In this document: positions 19,826-36,344 of the stretch, piece by piece
Layout of the letters: each line of letters begins with the position of its first letter
How positions within the stretch are numbered: the first letter of the stretch is position 1
Assembly: GCA_002269645.1 (NCBI GenBank)
Contig: NIVC01001825.1
Location: forward strand, 1 to 60,204
Source of the DNA: Macrostomum lignano
Taxonomy: Eukaryota
DNA length: 60,204 bases
Reading direction: 5' to 3'
Position numbers and translations under genes: made by a program
Notes under the pieces: model-generated
Databases searched by the model: none
Told to the model about the DNA's origin: nothing
Seen by the model: the letters and a program-made list of their open reading frames with translations, nothing else

Positions 19826-20428
19826 GAGGATGGGAGCAGGGATGGGATCGGGGATGGGATCGGGGATGGGATCGGGGATGGGAGCGGGGATGGGAGCGGG
19901 GATGCGATCGGGGATGGGAGCGGGGATAGGATCGGAGATGGGATCGGGGATGGGATCGGAGATGGGATCGGGGATGGGATCGGGGATGGGATAGGGGAAT
20001 CGGGATGCGATCGGAGATGGGATCGGAGATGGGATCGGGGATGGGATCGGAGATGGGATCGGGGATGGGATCGGGGATGGGATAGGGGAATCGGGATGCG
20101 ATCGGAGATGGGATCGGGAATGGGATCGAGGTCGGGAAAATTATTGTCTCAGGGATGGCTAGAATTTGGGGTCCGGGGTTGGAATAGGGTAGAACGTGGG
20201 GTTGGGGTGAGGTAGAATGTGAGGTTCGGATGGGGTAGAATGTGGGGTTCGGATGGGGTAGAATGTGGGGTTCGGATGGGGTAGAATGTGGGGGTTCGGA
20301 TGGGGTAGAATGCGGGGTTCGTATGGAGTAGAATGTGGGGTGCGGATGGGGTAGAATGTGGGGGTTCGGATGGGGTAGAATGTGGGGTTCGGGATGGGGT
20401 AGAATGTGGGGTTCGGGATGGGGTAGAA
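19826..20428. repeat. Two adjacent G-rich arrays: 12-bp GGGGATGGGATC and ~23-bp GGGGTTCGGATGGGGTAGAATGT
   Basis: Arrays at ~19826-20127 and ~20165-20428. Confidence 0.9.
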
Positions 20429-20844
20429 TACATATTTTTATTCTACCAGGGCATGCCTTGGTGAGTACATATCGCTTTAAAATTTCTTGATTTTCACTTT
20501 TAAAAGTCGTTATGCTCTACTTACAGTAAGAAGATGCAGATAAAATATCAATAATTTTTTTCGAAACACACGTTTTTAGCTTCTTTAGGTTATTATAGAG
20601 CACTCGCTAGCCTAGAGTTGAGTCTACAAATAGCGCTACTGCAGAGCTCAGCTCTCAGAAAAAAATGACAAGAGCCAAGGTGCAGAGGCAAGCAAAAGAA
20701 AAAGTTGTTCCATACACACACAGATACACCACTGCAGTGCCAGCTGGCAAGCGAAAGAAGAATGAATTAAAGAGAAAAGCGAAGGCAAGGTAATGGAACA
20801 GAGGGGTATAGGGTTTGGGCAAGGTTAGGTAGACGCCCCGTGCG

Positions 20845-20877
20845 CACGTAGGTCACGTGTCGTCATTGTTACACGTG
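20845..20877 (+). promoter_or_regulatory. Cluster of three ACGT-core elements upstream of calumenin
   Basis: CACGTA (20845), GTCACGTG (20852) and CACGTGG (20872) lie 170-200 nt upstream of the ATG. These are bHLH-ZIP/bZIP (UPR-type) cores; motif match only. Confidence 0.4.
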
Positions 20878-21048
20878 GACAAAATTGAATTGAATAAATT
20901 TGAATATGAGCGCGACGGAGATTGGGGAGGGGTCGCAACTGGAGGCTTGAGCGCAGGTATATTAGATAGAGCAAGCCTATAGTGAGTCTAATAACTCGCA
21001 TTGCTCTGTGAATTTGCTTTGAAAGCTAGACATTCCTGCCAATTCACT

Positions 21049-23705
<2,657 letters not shown>

Positions 23706-24236
23706 TGCGCGTGCAACATTATGTGTAGCTAAACTGAACTAACAATAATATTACTCGAAAAACATGTGCCAAATTAAATTTTCTTGACTCGAGCAAATAT
23801 AGTTATTACTTGTACTAGTCAATTAATTTTTATTGGACCATATATTGTTCCGTGTGCGAAGTTTCCATTGTCGCTGCTGGTTTTCAAGCAAATGATTTAC
23901 GAGTATGTTGAGCAATGTGAATTTTAGTAAAGCTGAAGAAATAGACTGAATTGAATTTTTGCGTAAAATTTGCTGAAGAAAACAACTAATTTAAGTTGGA
24001 GTTAATGTTAACTGTGCGGTTTTACATGTGACTATCTTGCAGGAAATTTAGAGCTTATATCAATTGCTAGCTGTATTGCTCTTGTTATAGATAGTCTGCA
24101 AGCTAGTTGTCCACGTTAACCTATATGAAGTTGACAACTTAAGTTTTAATGTAGGTTTTTGCAGTTTTTATGCAGGCTGTTAGCGATTTATTGACTTTAA
24201 TTTTAAAATTTAGCTCAGTAAGACTACTTGCATGAT

Positions 24237-24433
24237 CAGTGGCTTAGCCGGGATTTCCTTCTGGGGGGGGGGGGGGGGGTCACATGGTCACAGGCTCACA
24301 GCGGCAACCGGGGGCAGGGGGTGCTAGGCCTCTGCGACGGGGAAGGGGGGTGCTGAAAATTTGGCCTGGATCAGCCGGCTGGGGGGGGGGTCATATTGAC
24401 CCCCATGATCCCCCTTAATTGGCTACGCCCCTG
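24237..24433. mobile_element. Non-autonomous hAT-like MITE (197 bp)
   Basis: TIRs CAGTGGCTTAGCC / GGCTACGCCCCTG (11/13 complementary); flanks TGCATGAT (24229-24236) and TGCATCAT (24434-24441) form a 7/8 match to an 8-bp TSD. Confidence 0.75.
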
Positions 24434-26381
24434 TGCATCATATTTTATCTATTCAATCAAGCTAGGTTTCCTTTTTACCATTATAAAGAAATTCTGTTTG
24501 ACAAGCAGCCAAAAATATTCAATCTACAGGGGCACAAACATTAAACTTCGGTGAGGGTGTATCTATAGGGGTCAATTAACAGCTGACGACTGGCCTGTTT
24601 TTTGGTCCTTCAATTGTCCCCCAATTCTTTAAAGTCGTCTTTTAAGGGACCTATCTCGATCTTTAATTGTTACGCCACTGGTTATCCACACATGTAGGTG
24701 ATGTAGCACTGTAAATGTTGCTCTGGTTTATGTATTTACAATTGCATCCTTCATTATAGTAAAAAGTTTATGGAAATAATAAAAGTACACTTCAATGGTA
24801 GTGGTAAACAAATAACAGACTACACATTGGCAATGCTACTGATGAATGGGAAGGTAAGTCGATCTTTCCCTAATCCCTTGGCAGAAGCAGAATTATGGAC
24901 TGCTCTGCCGACAAATAAACGCGAATACGCGATAGTATCAAGCTGCACGCTAACTTTTTCAACTTGAAAATCTGCCTCCTCATTTATCGAGTAGATGAAA
25001 CTCTTAAGAGTATCTGCTGTGTCCTTGAAATCATAAAAAGAGCCATAAAGAATTGTCAAAGCGACATTGTTTGATATTGTCTCCGCCGAAAAACAATTTT
25101 ATCAAAATTGTTTGAATAAGTTATTTAAATTTCGCTTTCTTGGAAGTTCGGATGATTTTGTGGCAGGCGGATGCCACTATTGATTTTTTAGTGAACGGGA
25201 CCTGTGACGGTGACTAATTTTTGACTGTCCGCGTGATGCTTCGTTTCTGTTTTTTTCCTTAGCGTGGTTCGAGTCCAACCTTTCCCCGAGTTGGACTTCG
25301 TCCATCGGGTTTGTCCACCGTTTAATCCACGCGGTGTTCATGCATGCCCTCATACTGGAGGTTTGTTAAAATGCGCTCATTACGGTAACTTTTGCGAAAA
25401 TCCATGTTGTGAATGGTGCGTGCCCATCACCTAGCCCAGCCGTTGCTCCATTGTGAGAACCATTTCTGCGGTCTATTTAAACCCCTTATCTTTTGGTGTA
25501 ATTGCTATTCTGCTCCTCTCCTTCTCTCTCTCTCTCCCTCGCTCTCCCGCTCCCTTTCTCTTCCTCTTCTGTGCCCGCGTTTTTCCTTTCTGTTCGTACT
25601 TAATATTCAGCGCGCCCAGTTGTATTAAATCCCGATCGCATTCAGCACCCAGGTACCGCCTGCGAACATCATCCTCGTCGATAATAATAATATTATTTAC
25701 CTTCGCCTGCTTTCAGTTAATAATAATAACGTTAACCATTAACCATACATTAATCTATATTTATCTGCTGACATAAGCCATAGCATTTATTGAGTCATTT
25801 GCCCGTGGGGCGTAAAATAACCAAGTCCTCATCTCAAAGATAGCTCTGGGACTTATCCGTTCCGTAATACGTAAATTACGGTGGTGGCAGCAACTACCCT
25901 ACTGAAAGTAGCAAACTCAGCTATTCGACGCATTATTTTACGGAGTCAGGAATCTCCAATTACAGTGTTTCATCGATTTGAACGACCTCGCCGCTACACG
26001 ACCGCTCCGCTACGATTACGACTACCCTCCCCCGGACTTGAGAACCCGGCAGCCGGAGTAAAAGGAGAAAGATTTTCCTGTTGAGATTCGTCTGCGCGAT
26101 TTTCCCGGTTTTATTCGTGCGAACTCAACATTCGGCGGAAATTCAAACGAGGAATCCGCCCCAGCTCACTGGTGTCAGCAAATTTTCAAAACCGCCCAAT
26201 TTCCAAGAAAATCTCCTCCACCCCCGCCTCAATTTCTTCAGCTTGAGCTGCTGAAGCTGATCGACTGTCTTAAACCATTGGTGATCTATTAAGCTACTTT
26301 TGTGAGTTGTCTATTATTGTTGCAGCTAGCTAACAATACCAACAGATAATACTGCTGAAATACTGAAATTACAAAAACAAA

Positions 26382-29300
26382 ATGTCCGTGAATAAATTGT
26401 TACTTGAAGAGGCCATCGAGGATAGCCCCCAGGTAAACTGCAATAATGTATTAACCCTTACCTGATTTTTCATTTCCATATGTATATGCAAAGCAATAAT
26501 TTCCTTTGGAATTATTAGTCTACTAATTCTGAAATTAATCTACTTTCTGTAGATTTACTTAGGAGTAGGTTATTATAATGCTTGTGGGAATATATTTAGC
26601 TTCTACTCTTACTAATACTAGATCACTAGATGACTTACATTTAAAAAGGATTTTTTAAATGTTTAATTGATATTTAATTATTAATATTTTTGTTTGGCCT
26701 AATACCAACACTAATAAATACTAATAGCCATGGCATTGGTTATATTTAGTACTTAAAGATACTAGATGAATAATCTATGAATAGGCCTTTAAAATATCCT
26801 TATAATATAACTATTAATAAGATATGTGCAATGGCTACCTGACCTGGCATAATTTTTTAGACTAGTAACTTCCATATTTGATCCTTTTTGGCACTTTTTT
26901 TGATAAATTTGCTATTATTTTCTTTGACAATATTTAACAACTTCTTTTTGTTTAAATAAATATTTATCTTGTTTTTAAATAAGTTGCAACACTAAAATTG
27001 CATTTTCTGTCAAACTGCCAATGTCATTTCAGAGATAATTACTTTTAATATAAGGGTTGTCATTTATTTTTATGGGATCTTTTTGCTAGAAACATTAGTC
27101 ATTAGATAAAATTATTGTTTTTTTTCTTAATCACTATATGTTAATACTCCTTAGTAATTATAATCATAAAAGTAGGTATTGATTACTATATATTCATAGC
27201 TGCTATAGGTATCTTTAAGTAGTATGAATAGGCCTATTTTACTATGACTCATATGAGGAATAAGGTTTGACTATAAAGTTTGATAGCTTTGATGTACAGT
27301 AGAACAAAGTAACCATTTTCTTTTTGGCAACATTAATTAATAAGATGGTGAAATATTTACCACATACTAAAAAGTGAAAAAATCTTCATTTATAACATTG
27401 TCTGGAACCTCAATATTTTAGTGTACTAAATTCTATAAATCAAATATTTTAATTTCATTTTAGACACACAACTTCCTTACTGTATTTGAAGAAGATGCTG
27501 GTCTTGTCAGGCAATACACTGAGGAGTTTCATGGCTACTGCCAGCAGATACAGAAGGCTCAGGCAGATCTGGCCTCTGCCACCCATGGCCTGGCCCAGCT
27601 AATGAAGAAGTACTCTGCAATTGTAAGTCTTTTATTGAATTTATATGTTGCAATTGATTGCATCTGTCTTCAAGTGTAAAAAATAGACTGATCGACTAAG
27701 CAAACAAACACCAAGATTGTAACTAAGACAGGCAGATACTTGGACAGATACCAAGACAGATGCAATGACAGATGACAATGTAAAAATAAAATTACTGTAT
27801 AATTTACTGTTTAAACAATTTGTAGAGGTTTCCATTGGAAAAGGAGGACTCCTACATGACCACAACGTTTCCACTGTTGGCAGAATACATGGACGAGGTG
27901 ATGTAGTCTGAAAATTTTAGCTTAATAAATTTTCGCTAGTAAGCCTACTGATTCCAATAATATTCTGAATAATTTTATTTGCAGATTAGCACAATGCAGC
28001 AGATTCTGGCTAGCCAAATTTCCGATACTCTCATTTATCCGATCAATCGCTTTCTATCGGCAGATTTGGAAGGTACGACACTATTAGTAGTATGCAGTGT
28101 ATTTTTCTCAAATCTTTAATGCTAAAAGAAGTTCGATGCGTAACTTTGATTTGAACTTATTTTCAGAGCTATCGCAGCTGCAGAACCTCTACAAGATGGT
28201 TAGCGATGGTACGTGACAATGTGACAAAGTTTTTATTTGCTTTAGCAGGTCAATTTACTGAATTTACCATATTTTTTGCAGAGCACGAGCTCGCGGTGCA
28301 GAAGCACATGAAGCTGGCTAAACGATGCAGCGAGAAACAGCGAGTTGAAGCTGTAGAAGAAGTTTTTCAAATGCGCAAAAAGCAGCATAAGGTTTGTTTC
28401 TTTAAATTGTTATTCAGTAATTTCTGTAAAGATTTTTGTGTTCTACGAAGTTATTTTCGTTACATATCGACGGGATTAAATCTAGAATAGAAACGCGAAT
28501 TTCGCTTTATTAAGCTGTTTTCGAAACATGTCGGTTCTTTCATAAGAATAAATTAATATGATTGTAATAGAAAACTTCCCAACTACTCTTTACTATAGAA
28601 AGTCCTGCAAACACTTATTTAATGATATTTCCCTGAACTAAAACTACTAACAGTAGTGTAAAAGCAAACTCGGGTTACAAGTAATAAGCCATAGCCATCG
28701 AAATTTATTCCATACTACAAAACAATTACAGACAGCCTTGCACTACTTCTCGGCAATGAATTTGATGCAGCACAAGCGTCAATTCGTCTTCCTTGAAGCC
28801 ATCGCTGGTCACCTGCAAGCGCATCTGTCATTTTTTAAAATTGGTTCCGACTATATTGAGAAGCAAGAGTTGGAAACAGTGCATAGCAATACAAAAGGGC
28901 TGCTATTATGGTGAGTTGATTACATGCGATCAAATCCATAAGTAATGAGTTCTAAAGCCTAGCTTATTAATTTTCTGTAATATATAAATCTACTAATATA
29001 CTTTTTACCTAGTGATGACGCAACTTTGAGTAGTAGCATTTAAGTATTTTTGCGACAAATTTTACGATTTAAAATTGTTTGTTTTACAGCGGCCAACGAG
29101 AGTTGGATTTGGAACGGACTCGAACCTCCGATCTAGTTGGCTCTATTGAAGAGTCCTGCTCAGACGCTGTCTACCAACCGGAGCCCCTGGCCCCGCCAGC
29201 TTCGCCTTCGTCGCATTCGCAGCACGCGCGCGCTTCAAATCCGCATCTGGCTCACAAGAGCGGCTATTTGATGCTGCGCAGCCGGGCGGGCCTGTTGCAG

Positions 29301-32300
29301 ACCCGCTGGGATCGGGAGTTCTTCTTCACCCAGACTGGCAATCTCATGCGGCAGGGTAGGCGTGATGTAGCGGGCTGCCTGCTGATTGATCTGGCCGAGC
29401 CGGGGATTTACGCTGAGCCCTGCGACGCCGACGATCGGCGACACGTGTTTCAGATTGGCGGCCCGGCTGGCAGGAAGTGAGTTGTCAGATTAAAGTTTTT
29501 TCGATACATATCGGAGATTAAGAATATGTTTATCAGTATAAGTTTGTAGATCTTCAGCAGATAGTTAAATCGTTTTTTTTTCGCATCCCTTTTGCTTTAT
29601 TTCTGGCTTAAGCCCGTCTAATCTCTACGTTTTTCTGTGTTATGATCTCTTATCTCTATCCTGATCTCTCGTCTGTATCCTGATCTCTCATTTGTATCTT
29701 GATCTCTCATCTCTGATATGATCTCTCATCTCTGTTATGATCTCTCATCTCTGCTATGATCTCTCATCTCTGCTATGATCTCTCATCTCTGCTATGATCT
29801 CTCATCTATCTCTGCTATGATCTCTTATCTCTGCTATGATCTCTCATCTCTTCTATGATCTCTCATCTCTGCTATGATCTCTCATCTCTGTTATGATCTC
29901 TCATCTCTGATATGATCTCTCATCTCTGTTATGATCTCTCATCTCTGCTATGATCTCTCATCTCTGCTATGATCTCTCATCTCTGCTATGATCTTTTATC
30001 TCTGATATGATCTCTCATCTCTGATATGATCTCTCATCTCTGTTATGATCTCTTATCTCTGCTATGATCTCTTATCTCTGCTATGATCTCTCATCTCTGC
30101 TATGATCTCTCATCTCTGTTATGATCTCTCATCTCTGATATGATCTCTCATCTCTGCTATGATCTCTCATCTCTGCTATGATCTCTCATCTCTGCTATGA
30201 TCTCTCATCTCTGCTATGATCTTTTATCTCTGATATGATCTCTCATCTCTGCCCTGATCTCTCATCTCTGCTATGATCTCTTATCTCTGCCCTGAATCTC
30301 TCATCTCTGCCCTGATCCCTCATCTCTGCCCTGATCTCTCATCTCTGCCCTGATCCCTCATCTCTGCCCTGATCCCTCATCTCTGCCCTGATCTCTCATC
30401 TCTGCCCTGATCCCTCATCTCTGCCCTGATCCCTCATCTCTGCCCTGATCTCTCATCTCTGCCCTGATCCCTCATCTCTGTTATGATCTCTCATCTCTGC
30501 TATGATCTCTCATCTCTGTTATGATCTCTCATCTCTGATATGATCTCTCATCTCTGCTATGATCTCTCATCTCTGCTATGATCTCTCATCTCTGCCCTGA
30601 TCTCTCATCTCTGCTATGATCTTTTATCTCTGATATGATCTCTCATCTCTGCCCTGATCTCTCATCTCTGCTATGATCTCTTATCTCTGCCCTGAATCTC
30701 TCATCTCTGCCCTGATCCCTCATCTCTGCCCTGATCTCTCATCTCTGCCCTGATCCCTCATCTCTGCCCTGATCCCTCATCTCTGCCCTGATCTCTCATC
30801 TCTGCCCTGATCCCTCATCTCTGCCCTGATCCCTCATCTCTGCCCTGATCTCTCATCTCTGCCCTGATCCCTCATCTCTGTTATGATCTCTCATCTCTGC
30901 TATGATCTCTCATCTCTGTTATGATCTCTCATCTCTGATATGATCTCTCATCTCTGCTATGATCTCTCATCTCTGCTATGATCTCTCATCTCTGCTATGA
31001 TCTCTCATCTCTGCTATGATCTTTTATCTCTGATTTGATCTCTCATCTCTGCCCTGATCTCTCATCTCTGCTATGTTCTCTTATCTTTGCCCTGAATCTC
31101 TCATCTCTGCCCTGATCTCTCATCTCTGCCCTGATCCCTCATCTCTGCCCTGATCCCTCATCTCTGCCCTGATCCCTCATCTCTGCCCTGATCTCTCATC
31201 TCTGCCCTGATCCCTCATCTCTGCCCTGATCCCTCATCTCTGCCCTGATCTCTCATCTCTGCCCTGATCCCTCATCTCTGCCCTGATCCCTCATCTCTGC
31301 CCTGATCCCTCATCTCTGCCCTGATCCCTCATCTCTGCCCTGATCCCTCATCTCTGCTATGATCTTTTATCTCGGCTATGATATCTTATCTCTGCCCTGA
31401 TCTTTCATCTCTATCCTGATCTCTCATCTGCCCTGATCTCTGATCTCTATCCTGATCTCTCATCTCTATCCTGATCTCTCATCTCTATCCTAATCCCCGA
31501 TCTCTCATCTCTATCCTAATCCCCGATCTCTACCCTGATTTCTCATCTGTATCCTGATCTCTCATCTGTATCCTGATCTCTCATCTCTATCTCGATCTCT
31601 CATCTGTATCCTGATCTCTCATCTCTACCCTGATCTCTCATCTGTATCCTGATCTCTCATCTCTACCCTGATCTCTCATGTCTATCTTAATCAATATAAT
31701 CTCTATAATATTCTCCCTGATCCCTCTAATTTATGCCTTGATCTCTTATCAGTAAATAAATCAGCTCCACCTGTCATTTCTTTCGTCCGCACCGATCTGC
31801 TTCTTGTCTGACATACTCTTAACATCTAAACATCTAATCTGATGCTCCTGTATTCTAATCTATCAGGCCGATTGTGCTACAGGCGGAGAATGAAATCGAC
31901 CGAGACGAATGGATCACGGCCATCACTAATATTGTGGTCAGCGGCGGCGGCTTCACAAAGGACACCTGCGCCAGTCTAATTAGCACTGCCCAGCAGTCCC
32001 AGTCGCAGGCGTCACCTTCTGTACAAAGTAATTATCGGCGCTGTGTCTTATCTTATCTTAGTTTTAAGCACTGATCAGATGACGAGGTATTTGCGTATTA
32101 AAATACGGGTTATTTTTACTCCCGCCTTTTACCCATACCTAAAAGTGCCACATTGTAAAATCACACTCGTTACCGTGACCAGAATCGCTACAAAGTCATT
32201 GCAAACAAGTCACTAGTGACTTTAGCCACTCTGGTACGACTCTGTTGAGTCACGGGGGCATCACGCGAATTGTAGGATCGTAAATGAGTCGCGAAAAAGT

Positions 32301-34625
32301 CGTCCAATAGTCGTTGTGTTGGCAATAATTCATAAAGCGACGCAGATGTGATTATTCTACAGCGACCCTGGCACGTCTCAGATTTACCTGTGTTACCTGC
32401 AACAGCTCTGAAACGATTCTGAGGCTTCTTAGCGTAGTTACCGCTTTCATCGGGTTTTGAAACATTGAAAGTTGAAATAAATAACAACTGTTATTCCGCC
32501 TACTCAGGTCAGCACAGTCAGGAGTTGCCAAATAAAGAAAAGTCAGCATCTTCTGCGGCATCAAAAGATGTTGCTCAAGCTGGCGGCTTTGACGATTCCT
32601 GGTTCGATCGGGTGCCAATTCAATTCGATTTGCCTCACCTGACCGAGGCTGAGGAGAAATCGGCCGCGCTCTTCGATCAGCAGCTGACCGTTGTTGATTC
32701 GAAATTCTCCGTTAATTACAGCGTGAGATTCACCGGCTCCATGGAGGTGCCCGGCGATCGTGGCGACGCTCTGGTGGCTCGAACTATTCGGCAGATTCTG
32801 ACGGCCAGGGCTGTGCATAATATATTCAAGTCTACGGATTATAACTTGATTGTTTCCGATCGGGGCATCTGGCTGATTGAACCGCAGTCTAAATTGATCA
32901 GGTGCGAGCATGCGCTAATTAGATAGATCAAGGTGTTGGGATTAGGTAGATCAAGGTTTTGGGATTAGGTAGATCAAGGTGTTGGGATTAGGTAGATCAA
33001 GGTTTTGGAATTAGGTAGATCAAGGTGTTGTGATTAGGTAGATCAAGGTGTTGGAATTAGGTAGATCAAGGTGTTGGGATTAGGTAGATCAAGGTGTTGG
33101 AATTAGGTAGATCAAGGTGTTGTGATTAGGTAGATCAAGGTGTTGGAATTAGGTAGATCAAGGTGTTGGGATTAGGTAGATCAAGCTGTTGGGATTAGGT
33201 AGATCAGGGTGTTGGGATTAGGTAGATCAGGGTGTTGGGATTAGGTAGATTAATGTGTTGGGATTAGGTAGATCAGGGTGTTGGGATTAGGTAGATTAAT
33301 GTGTTGGGATTAGGTAGATCAGGGTGTTGGGATTAGGTAGATCAGGGTGTTGGGATTAGGTAGATCAGGGTGTTGGGATTAGGTAGATCAAGGTGTTGGA
33401 ATTAGGTAGATCAAGGTGTTGGAATTAGGTAGATCAAGGTGTTGGGATTAGGTAGATCAAGCTGTTGGGATTAGGTAGATCAGGGTGTTGGGATTAGGTA
33501 GATCAGGGTGTTGGGATTAGGTAGATCAGGGTGTTGGGATTAGGTAGATTAATGTGTTGGGATTAGGTAGATCAGGGTGTTGGGATTAGGTAGATCAGGG
33601 TGTTGGGATTAGGTAGATCAGGGTGTTGGGATTAGGTAGATCAGGGTGTTGGGATTAGGTAGATCAGGGTGTTGGGATTAGGTAGATCAAGCTGTTGGCA
33701 TTAGGTAGATCAGGGTGTTGGGATTAGGTAGATCAAGCTGTTGGCATTAGGTAGATCAGGGTGTTGGGATTAGGTAGATCAAGGTTTTGGGATTGGGTAG
33801 ATCAAGGTTCTAGGATTAGGTAGATCAAGGTTTTGGGATTGGGTAGATCAAGGTTCTAGGATTAGGTAGATCAAGGTTTTGGGATTGGGTAGATCAAGGT
33901 TCTAGGATTAGGTATTTGATTTGATCTAATTTTTTTGAGGTAGATAATACAGCCAGATAGGGTTTAGATGAAGGTTCAGTGCAAGTTATCGAAGGTGTAG
34001 CATCATAATTAAATAATTACTTTTTTACTACACAAGCAGTAATATGTTTGCAGTTTCGCCTTAAGCTCCAAATTTAGCGTACAACAATCAATAAATATCC
34101 AGGTGCGAATTTCTCCTAGAAGACATCTCATTCTGGGCCAGCCACGCGGAGAACACCCGCCTGCTAGGCCTGATCTGCCGCAGTCGGGCAGTTGACGACG
34201 GCAATCTGTTTGCCTGTTTCACCTTCGAGTGCGACAGCGCCGCTGAGCAGGTGTGCGCCAGCATCAGGCAGGCAACTCGGATTGCCTACCAGGCTTTTGT
34301 CAGTCGAAAGAGCGAAGCTGACAAGAAGAAGTCTAAAGAGATGGTGAGTGCGGAGTCTGAGTTTTCTTATGCTGATTTGCTAATGCTTTCTGTTGATTTT
34401 TAAGCATGAATCGTTTCATATAAAACTGCATCTCCCTCTGTGTTTAGTTAAAATGCTAGTTAATAAGATAGTTAGATACTTAGTCAGTTAAGTTAAGTTA
34501 GTTAGTTGAAGGTAGTTAGTTAGTTAGTTAGTTAGTCAGTTAGTTACTTAGTTAGTTAGTTAGTTAGTTAGTTAGTCAGTTAGTTAGTTAGTTAGTCAGT
34601 CAGTTAGTCAGTTAGTTAGTTAGTC

Positions 34626-34664
<39 letters not shown>

Positions 34665-34669
34665 CAGTC

Positions 34670-34724
<55 letters not shown>

Positions 34725-34813
34725 CAGTTAGTTACTTAGTTAGTTAGTTAGTTAGTTAGTTAGTCAGTTAGTTAGTTAGTTAGTCAGTCAGTTAGTCAGT
34801 TAGTTAGTTAGTC

Positions 34814-34852
<39 letters not shown>

Positions 34853-34861
34853 CAGTCAGTC

Positions 34862-34897
<36 letters not shown>

Positions 34898-34902
34898 GAA
34901 GG

Positions 34903-34966
<64 letters not shown>

Positions 34967-34971
34967 CAGTC

Positions 34972-35024
<53 letters not shown>

Positions 35025-35131
35025 CTTAGTTAGTTAGTTAGTTAGTTAGTTAGTCAGTTAGTTAGTTAGTTAGTCAGTCAGTTAGTCAGTTAGTTAGTTA
35101 GTCAGTTAGTTAGTTAGTTAGTTAGTTAGTC

Positions 35132-35170
<39 letters not shown>

Positions 35171-35175
35171 CAGTC

Positions 35176-35219
<44 letters not shown>

Positions 35220-35224
35220 GAAGG

Positions 35225-35284
<60 letters not shown>

Positions 35285-35362
35285 CAGTCAGTTAGTTAGT
35301 TAGTTAGTTAGTCAGTCAGTTAGTTAGTTAGCTAGTTAGTTAGTTAGTTAGTTAGTTGAAGG

Positions 35363-35410
<48 letters not shown>

Positions 35411-35435
35411 CAGTTAGTTAGTTAGTTAGTCAGTC

Positions 35436-35471
<36 letters not shown>

Positions 35472-35476
35472 GAAGG

Positions 35477-35536
<60 letters not shown>

Positions 35537-35565
35537 CAGTCAGTTAGTTAGTTAGTTAGTCAGTC

Positions 35566-35605
<40 letters not shown>

Positions 35606-35610
35606 GAAGG

Positions 35611-35662
<52 letters not shown>

Positions 35663-35667
35663 CAGTC

Positions 35668-35703
<36 letters not shown>

Positions 35704-35708
35704 GAAGG

Positions 35709-35780
<72 letters not shown>

Positions 35781-35809
35781 CAGTCAGTTAGTTAGTTAGT
35801 TAGTCAGTC

Positions 35810-35845
<36 letters not shown>

Positions 35846-35850
35846 GAAGG

Positions 35851-35914
<64 letters not shown>

Positions 35915-35939
35915 CAGTCAGTTAGTTAGTTAGTCAGTC

Positions 35940-35975
<36 letters not shown>

Positions 35976-35980
35976 GAAGG

Positions 35981-36044
<64 letters not shown>

Positions 36045-36073
36045 CAGTCAGTTAGTTAGTTTGTTAGTCAGTC

Positions 36074-36116
<43 letters not shown>

Positions 36117-36181
36117 CAGTTAGTTAGTTAGTCAGTCAGTTAGTTAGTTAGTCAGTCAGTTAGTTAGTTAGTTAGTCAGTC

Positions 36182-36216
<35 letters not shown>

Positions 36217-36305
36217 CAGTTAGTCAGTTAGTTAGTCAGTTAGTCAGTTAGTCAGTTAGTTAGTTAGTTAGTTAGTCAGTTAGTTAGTTAGTTAGTCAGT
36301 TAGTC

Positions 36306-36344
<39 letters not shown>

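Noticed and set aside
24770-25059. Short overlapping ORFs between calumenin and APPL, with a plus-strand AAG|gtaagt donor
   Set aside because: No partner exon or recognisable domain; too weak to call.
25266-25276. GGTTCGAGTCC B-box (tRNA or SINE)
   Set aside because: No A box at a suitable distance and no tRNA fold; only a local hairpin.
26302-26325. GTGAGT...TTGCAG mini-intron in the APPL 5' UTR
   Set aside because: At 24 nt it is too short for a spliceosomal intron without evidence.
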